Origin: Octopus vulgaris
Lineage: Eukaryota
Direction of reading: 5' to 3'
Assembly (NCBI GenBank): GCA_951406725.2
Contig: OX597834.1
Span: forward strand, 39,308,001 to 39,372,000
DNA: 64,000 nucleotides
Shown here piece by piece: positions 57,609 to 64,000 of this stretch. The number at the start of each line of letters is the position of its first letter. The first letter of the stretch is position 1. Below the pieces are notes generated by a model. It ran no database searches, had not been told where the DNA came from, and worked only from the letters and a program-made list of their open reading frames with translations. Position numbers and translations under genes: made by a program.

Positions 57609-58526
57609 TCAAAAATTGTGAAGCATGACTGTCACCACTACTACATGAACTTGAAGATTGCATAATTTAATGCATGAAAGTACTAGTTCAATCAGAATGA
57701 ACATTTAACATTCTATTATTTTACTTTATTATATTATATTATCTTATATTATATCATTATAAGATTGTAAATAAAACGTGAAAATCAGACAAGGCTGGAA
57801 TTCCTTTTATTAATATATATATATATACATATATCCAAACACATAAGAGATACCCCCCCACACACACACACATAAACAAAAATAGGATATCTGACTCACT
57901 AGAAAGAGCAGTTAATCTCCAAGCCACTAATTGTAATTCCGAAAGGGATTGAAAAATATAAACTTTTACCTTATTATCCTAGACCATGCATGGTTTCTGC
58001 AGACTTAAATACAAATTAAAATAAAATAATTTCAATCTATATCTGGTGCTGCTTCTTCAGTAGGTTGCCAGGACCGAACACATAGATACGGAGCGATAAA
58101 TAACCCGCCACGTGTCTATACGCTCTAATTTTTCGAATCCACCGCGCAAATGCGGAACTCACCGGCAGTAAATAAATAAATTGCCGATTTTCTTCCAAAA
58201 TTAGCCAAAAACATTTTATCATTAATAAGGACTTTGGAAAATTAGAGAAATCTTTATCCCAGTTAATTAACCCAACATCAATTTAGCCAAAGCTCTTCTT
58301 ATTGCCAAACACTATGTCTTAAGTTAACCCAACTCTATCACTGAAGTTAGCTAATTTCCTAATCTCACGTTAGTTAATTTCGAAGTCTTAATGTAGCCAG
58401 GGCAATAGCAGTGAAACCAGCCATATTCTATTAACTGGCAGTGGGAAATCGCAACAATAAATGATAGGTCTCAGCCAAGGATCGAACCTTATTATGCTAC
58501 ATCATGGCATAAACATAGAATTTCTA

Positions 58527-58748
<222 letters not shown>

Positions 58749-58815
58749 CGCGAATGTGAGCGTGCATACACACACAAACATACACATATGTATATACATA
58801 TACATATACATCCAC

Positions 58816-58891
<76 letters not shown>

Positions 58892-59384
58892 ATATATATA
58901 TGTATATATGTAAGTATGTGTATGCATGTACATATGTACGTATGAATTTATATGTCTGCAGACGCATGCGTGTGTATACATACATATATATATACTTGCA
59001 ATTATACATACATATACACACACATATATATATATATATGTATATATGAATGAATGAGTCAACGACGCTCTAAATAACCGGGCCATTCACTTGTCTAAGC
59101 CCACTTAAGAATCGTTTATCTCAAAGCATTAATACACAGCTTCCAGATTTGACCACCCACCAAGGGTACCTACCACACATATACTTAGACATCTAACCTC
59201 AGTCCTCAACCCTTAACTAAAACAGGGAGGGTACCGTGTAGGTGAACGGGTGGATAAGTGAGTAACTCATGTTCATATTTATTACAGATACCAACATTAT
59301 ACTTGCTTGTATTCAATTAAGTCGAATCTACTTTGTTGAATTTCTTTGTGAGAAATTGTTTTCTTAAAATAATCCATTATAGTC

Positions 59385-59755
59385 TTTTACTCCATTACTT
59401 GTTTCAGTGATTTGACTGCGGTCATGCTGGAGCAACACCTTATGGATTTTTGGTCGAACAAATCGACCCCGGGACTTATTCTTTGTAAGCCTAGTACTCA
59501 TTCTGTCACTCAAAGACACCAACATCGGTTATCAAGAATGAGGGGGGGTAAAACACAGACATAAACACACAAACCCCCACACACACACACGCATGACGGG
59601 CTTCTTTCAGTTTCCGTCTACCAAATTCACTGACAAAGTTTTAATCGACTCGAGGCTATAGTAGAAGACACTTGCCCAAGGTGCCAAGCAGTGGGACTGA
59701 AACCGGAACCAAATAGTTGGGAAGCAAGCTTCTTACCACACAGCCACACATGCCC
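59385..59755 (-). mobile_element. SINE family B
   Basis: Colinear with 55537. Confidence 0.9.
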
Positions 59756-59789
59756 CTATGTTGACGCCTTTGACTCCTATGTTGACGCC

Positions 59790-60445
59790 AGCAATTTTAG
59801 GGGTTAGTCCACTGGTACTTATTTTATCGACTCCAAAAGGATAAAAACGCCAAGACGACCTCGGCGGGATTTGAATTCCAAATAAAGAGAATCCGGAGAA
59901 ATGCTACTTACCATTTTATCCGGAGAGCTAACGATTCTTCCCTCTCGTCGCCTTTGGTTCCATATTTTGGTACAAGGCTAGTAATTTCATGGGCGGATTA
60001 CTCGAGTACATCCACGCTAGATCTCAACTGGTTCTTATTTTATTAACTTCGAAAGGGTCAATGTCGAAGTCGACCTCCGCAGATTTTGAACTCAGGACAT
60101 GCCAATTAGCGTTTTGTTCGGAGTGAGCCAATTGCATCCACCGCACTGCTCAACTGGTACTTATTTTATCGACCGCGAAAGGATGAAAGGTCAAGTTGAC
60201 CTCGGCGGAATTTGAACTCAGAACGCAAAGAACCCTAACAGATGCTACTAAGCATTTTGTCCAGCGTGCTAACGATTCTGCCTCCACGTCGCCTTTGGTT
60301 TCAAATTTGGGCTCAAGGCCAAAACTTTTAGCGTGGCGAGTGGGTGGTAAATTGCTTCCATCCACCCCGCTGCTCGGTTGATACTTAATTTCTTGAACCA
60401 GAAAGGATTTAATGCAAGGTTAACCTTGATGGGATTTGAACTGAG
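59790..60445 (-). mobile_element. Tandem array of about four degenerate SINE family A copies
   Basis: Repeated actggtacttattttatcgac...gacctcggcggaatttgaactc. Confidence 0.8.
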
Positions 60446-60480
60446 AACTGAGAACTGAGAACGTGAAAACCAGCGAAAGA

Positions 60481-60665
60481 AATTCTGTGCTGATGAAGGG
60501 AAATAACCCGGAAATTGCGATACATAGATATTATTTTGAGCTGAGTTGGAGTACTAGATTCCCTTATTCGAAAATACAAAGACACAGATCGTGTCGTATA
60601 GCCAGCTGGAGACGATGTCTCCTGGGGTTAAATTACAGCAGCATTCGTCCTAAACCAGGACTGCC
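60481..60665 (+). mobile_element. Copy of the 22815 repeat with hammerhead-like motif at 60486-60526
   Basis: tgtg CTGATGA a GGG aaataa CCC g GAAA TTGCGA TA cata. Confidence 0.7.
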
Positions 60666-61018
60666 ATGTTATGTTGGCAAACAATCTTTACTACAAAGTA
60701 ATGTGGCTGAATATCTCACGTTGTAATTTTCTAAAAGAAATCCTGTTGAGCATTTCATCCAACCTACCAACAATGCTTCCTGTTCGTCGCCTTCCTTTCG
60801 AATTAAGTTTTCACAATTCCAGTTTTGGAACCTACGTTATTACTCTGGAACACAAATGCGTTTTGGAAATCGTTTATTTTTTTCTCATTTACATGCTCCG
60901 TTATTGGACAGCGGCCATGCTGGAGCAAAGTCTTGAAAGGTTTCAGTCGAACAAATCGACCCCAGTACTTTTGTTATTGCTATTATTATTGTCATAATAA
61001 TAATAATAGTAATAGTAC

Positions 61019-61129
<111 letters not shown>

Positions 61130-61159
61130 TTATTATTATTACTACTATTATTATTATTA

Positions 61160-61194
<35 letters not shown>

Positions 61195-61198
61195 GCTA

Positions 61199-61600
61199 AG
61201 GCGGCGAACTGGCAGAAACGTTAGCACGCCGGGAGAAATGCTTAGCAGTATTTTGTGTGGCGTTACGTTCTGAGTTCAAATTCCGCCGAGGTCGACTTTA
61301 CCTTTCACCCTTTCGGGGTCGATAAAATAAGCACCAGTTACGCACTGGGGTCGATATAATCGACTTAATACGTTTGTCTGTCCTCGTTTGTCCTCTCTGT
61401 GTGTAGCCCCTTGTGGGTAGTAAAGAAATAGGTATTTCATCAGTCTCCACGTTCAGAGTTCAAATTCCGCCGAGGGTGGCTTTGCCTTTCTTACGTTCGA
61501 CCTCGATAACATAAGTACCAGCTTTGCACTAGGGTCAATATAATCGACTTAACCCCCTCCTCCAAAATTGCTAGTCTTCAGCCAAAGTTTGAAACCACTA
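61199..61600 (+). mobile_element. SINE family A plus headless second copy
   Basis: aaggcggcgaactggcagaaacgttagc...gtaaagaaata, then ggtatttc...gagttcaaattccgccg. Confidence 0.9.
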
Positions 61601-61983
61601 TTATTATTACTATTGGTGCTGTTTAGCCCTAGGCCAGTACTGATGCGGCAAGGCCAAAGATTAAAGATCTCAGGGCCATTAGTAAACAACCTGCCTTATG
61701 TTTTTCAGACCCACTGTAGCTAGGCTTGCATCATTCATTGTTTACTTTCTTTTAATCATGACGGGGGTGTGATTTGAGGAGAGATTTGGATGGTATTTCC
61801 AGAATTCGAATTAATTTAAGAAATATATAGATAGAGTCGGGGTTTTTTTAATGAAACCTGAGGCGTTTGAGACGGTTAAACGTTATTAAAGTCCTGTTTA
61901 TAAACGTTATCAAATGTTTGGTTGTAACCAAACTTCAAAACAAATTTTTACTCGTAAACACAAATATGGAAGCCTCTGAGTGT

Positions 61984-62040
<57 letters not shown>

Positions 62041-62086
62041 TGTGTGTGTGTTTCTGTTTGTGCACATATATATGTTTGTGTATGTA

Positions 62087-62125
<39 letters not shown>

Positions 62126-62839
62126 GTGGCTCTCTAATGTGCTGAATCTTCACCCTAAGTGTAGATTCCTTATGTGTATATAAATATACACTATCGTATA
62201 ATATATACATATATATATATATATACACATATATGCATATATACATACATATGTATATATGATATATATAATGAAGGATATATATATATGTAACATTTAT
62301 GTATAATATACCATATTGTTATATGTATACGTATATGTATGGTATGTGTATGTATATATATATATATGTTTGTATTTAGGTATGTAACAGTTAGGTATGT
62401 AACAGTTATAGTATATCTTATAGTATATATCTATGTATGTATGTATGTATGTATATATATATATATACACACACTATATTTATATTTATAGTATTTAAGT
62501 TATATTTTTATACGAATATGTACGTGTGTGCAAAGCATATGTGTATGCTTGTGTGTATGTGTATATGTGTATGTGTATGCCCGTGGGTGTGTGTGTGTGC
62601 AGTTTTACTCTTTACTCGGTCATCAGCAGACGAATATCGCAATTAAATTAAACTTCATTATTGCTAATTAGAAAATTATTACTATATCATTTAATATTAA
62701 TTTATAGGCGGCTGAATATAGAATAACATGGCTGCAGCAAATGCTGGTTTCTTTATGTAACGAGAAATAAAATAACAATAAATATAATTACAACTGAACT
62801 AATTACAGCGACCTAATTAATGAAGCCTGCGTGTGGTTG

Positions 62840-62952
62840 TTCGTCATCATCACCATCGAAATCGTCACCAACACGTCGTCAACATCATCGTCAACATCAT
62901 CATCATCATCATCATCATCACCACCGCCATTACCATCATTGTCTTCGTCGTT

Positions 62953-63008
<56 letters not shown>

Positions 63009-63112
63009 TATCACCACCACTATCATCGTCGTTGTCATCATCATCATCATCATCATCATCACCACCATCATAACTATCATCATCCTCGTCGTTGTCATCA
63101 TCATCATCGTCG

Positions 63113-63157
<45 letters not shown>

Positions 63158-63382
63158 CCACCACCACCACCATAGTCGTCGTCATCATCATCATCATCAT
63201 CCTCGTCGTTGTCATCATGATCATCATCATCATCATCATGATCATCATCATCATCATCATCATCACCACCACCACCACCACCATCATCGTCGTCGTCATC
63301 ATCATCATTATCATCGTCATCATCATCATCACCACCATCATCTTCGTCGTCGTCATCATCATCATCATCGTTTTTATCATCA
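62840..63382. repeat. (CAT)n degenerate microsatellite
   Basis: Direct reading. Confidence 0.95.
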
Positions 63383-63512
63383 AACCCTTAGACGTTACTG
63401 TCCGGTGTCCTAAGACTCAAAGAGCTTCTTACGCGGTTTCCATGGTGAATGAGTGACCCAGATCACAACACCTTACCTTGAAGTTTTCCATATTCTTCTT
63501 GAGACGATGGCA

Positions 63513-63800
63513 TTCTTTTACTCTTTTACTTCTTTCAGTCAGTTGACTGCGGCCATGCTGGTGCACCGCCTTTAGTCGAGCAAATCGACCCTAGAACTTA
63601 CTCTTTGTAAGCCTAGTACTTATTCTATCGGTAACTTTTGCCGAACCGCTAAGTTACGGGGACGTAAACACACCAGCATCGGTTGTCAAGCGATGTTGCG
63701 GGGACAAACACATACAAACACACTCACACAGACACACACACACAAACACACACACATAGCTTTGGTCAGCCCGAAAGGTATAGTAGAAGACACTTGCTAG
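63513..63800 (-). mobile_element. SINE family B, partly deleted
   Basis: ttttactcttttacttctttcagtcagttgactgcggccatgctggtgcaccgcc. Confidence 0.9.
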
Positions 63801-63879
63801 ATCCGTGGGAGCAACACCCTAACCACTAGGCCACGCGCATTCGTATATAATGTAAGTAATGTACATGTTTATACGTATA

Positions 63880-63910
<31 letters not shown>

Positions 63911-64000
63911 ATGTATGTATGTATGTATGTACGCATGCATGTATGTATGCACGTATGTATGTATGTATGTATGTATGTGTGTGTGTATGTATGTATGTAT

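Overview
AT-rich, microsatellite-saturated eukaryotic DNA with no host protein-coding gene I can support. Nearly all ORFs in the track are translations of (TA)n, (CA)n, (TAGA)n, (TACA)n, (TAA)n and (CAT)n. The SINE repertoire and repeat landscape look like an octopus (coleoid cephalopod) intron or intergenic region, which is my inference from recognising the repeats. Supported features are three tRNA-derived SINE families, fragments of RTE, Dong/R4-type and CR1/L2-group LINEs, Tc1/mariner remnants, a hAT MITE and a Helitron-like element. The main hidden signal is about 20 type-I hammerhead-ribozyme-like motifs (helix I - CUGANGA - helix II - GAAA - short, usually palindromic helix III - UH - helix I) from many sequence-unrelated families. 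Most sit in short non-coding foldback (inverted-repeat) elements embedded in (TA)n tracts, the architecture expected of non-autonomous Penelope-like/retrozyme-type retroelements. Some carry recurrent core variants (U3-A8, a U.U pair at the base of a long helix II, CUGUAGAA, CUGAGUGA). A 3 kb cluster at 19.4-22.4 kb consists almost entirely of such elements. All folds were read by eye and none was tested.
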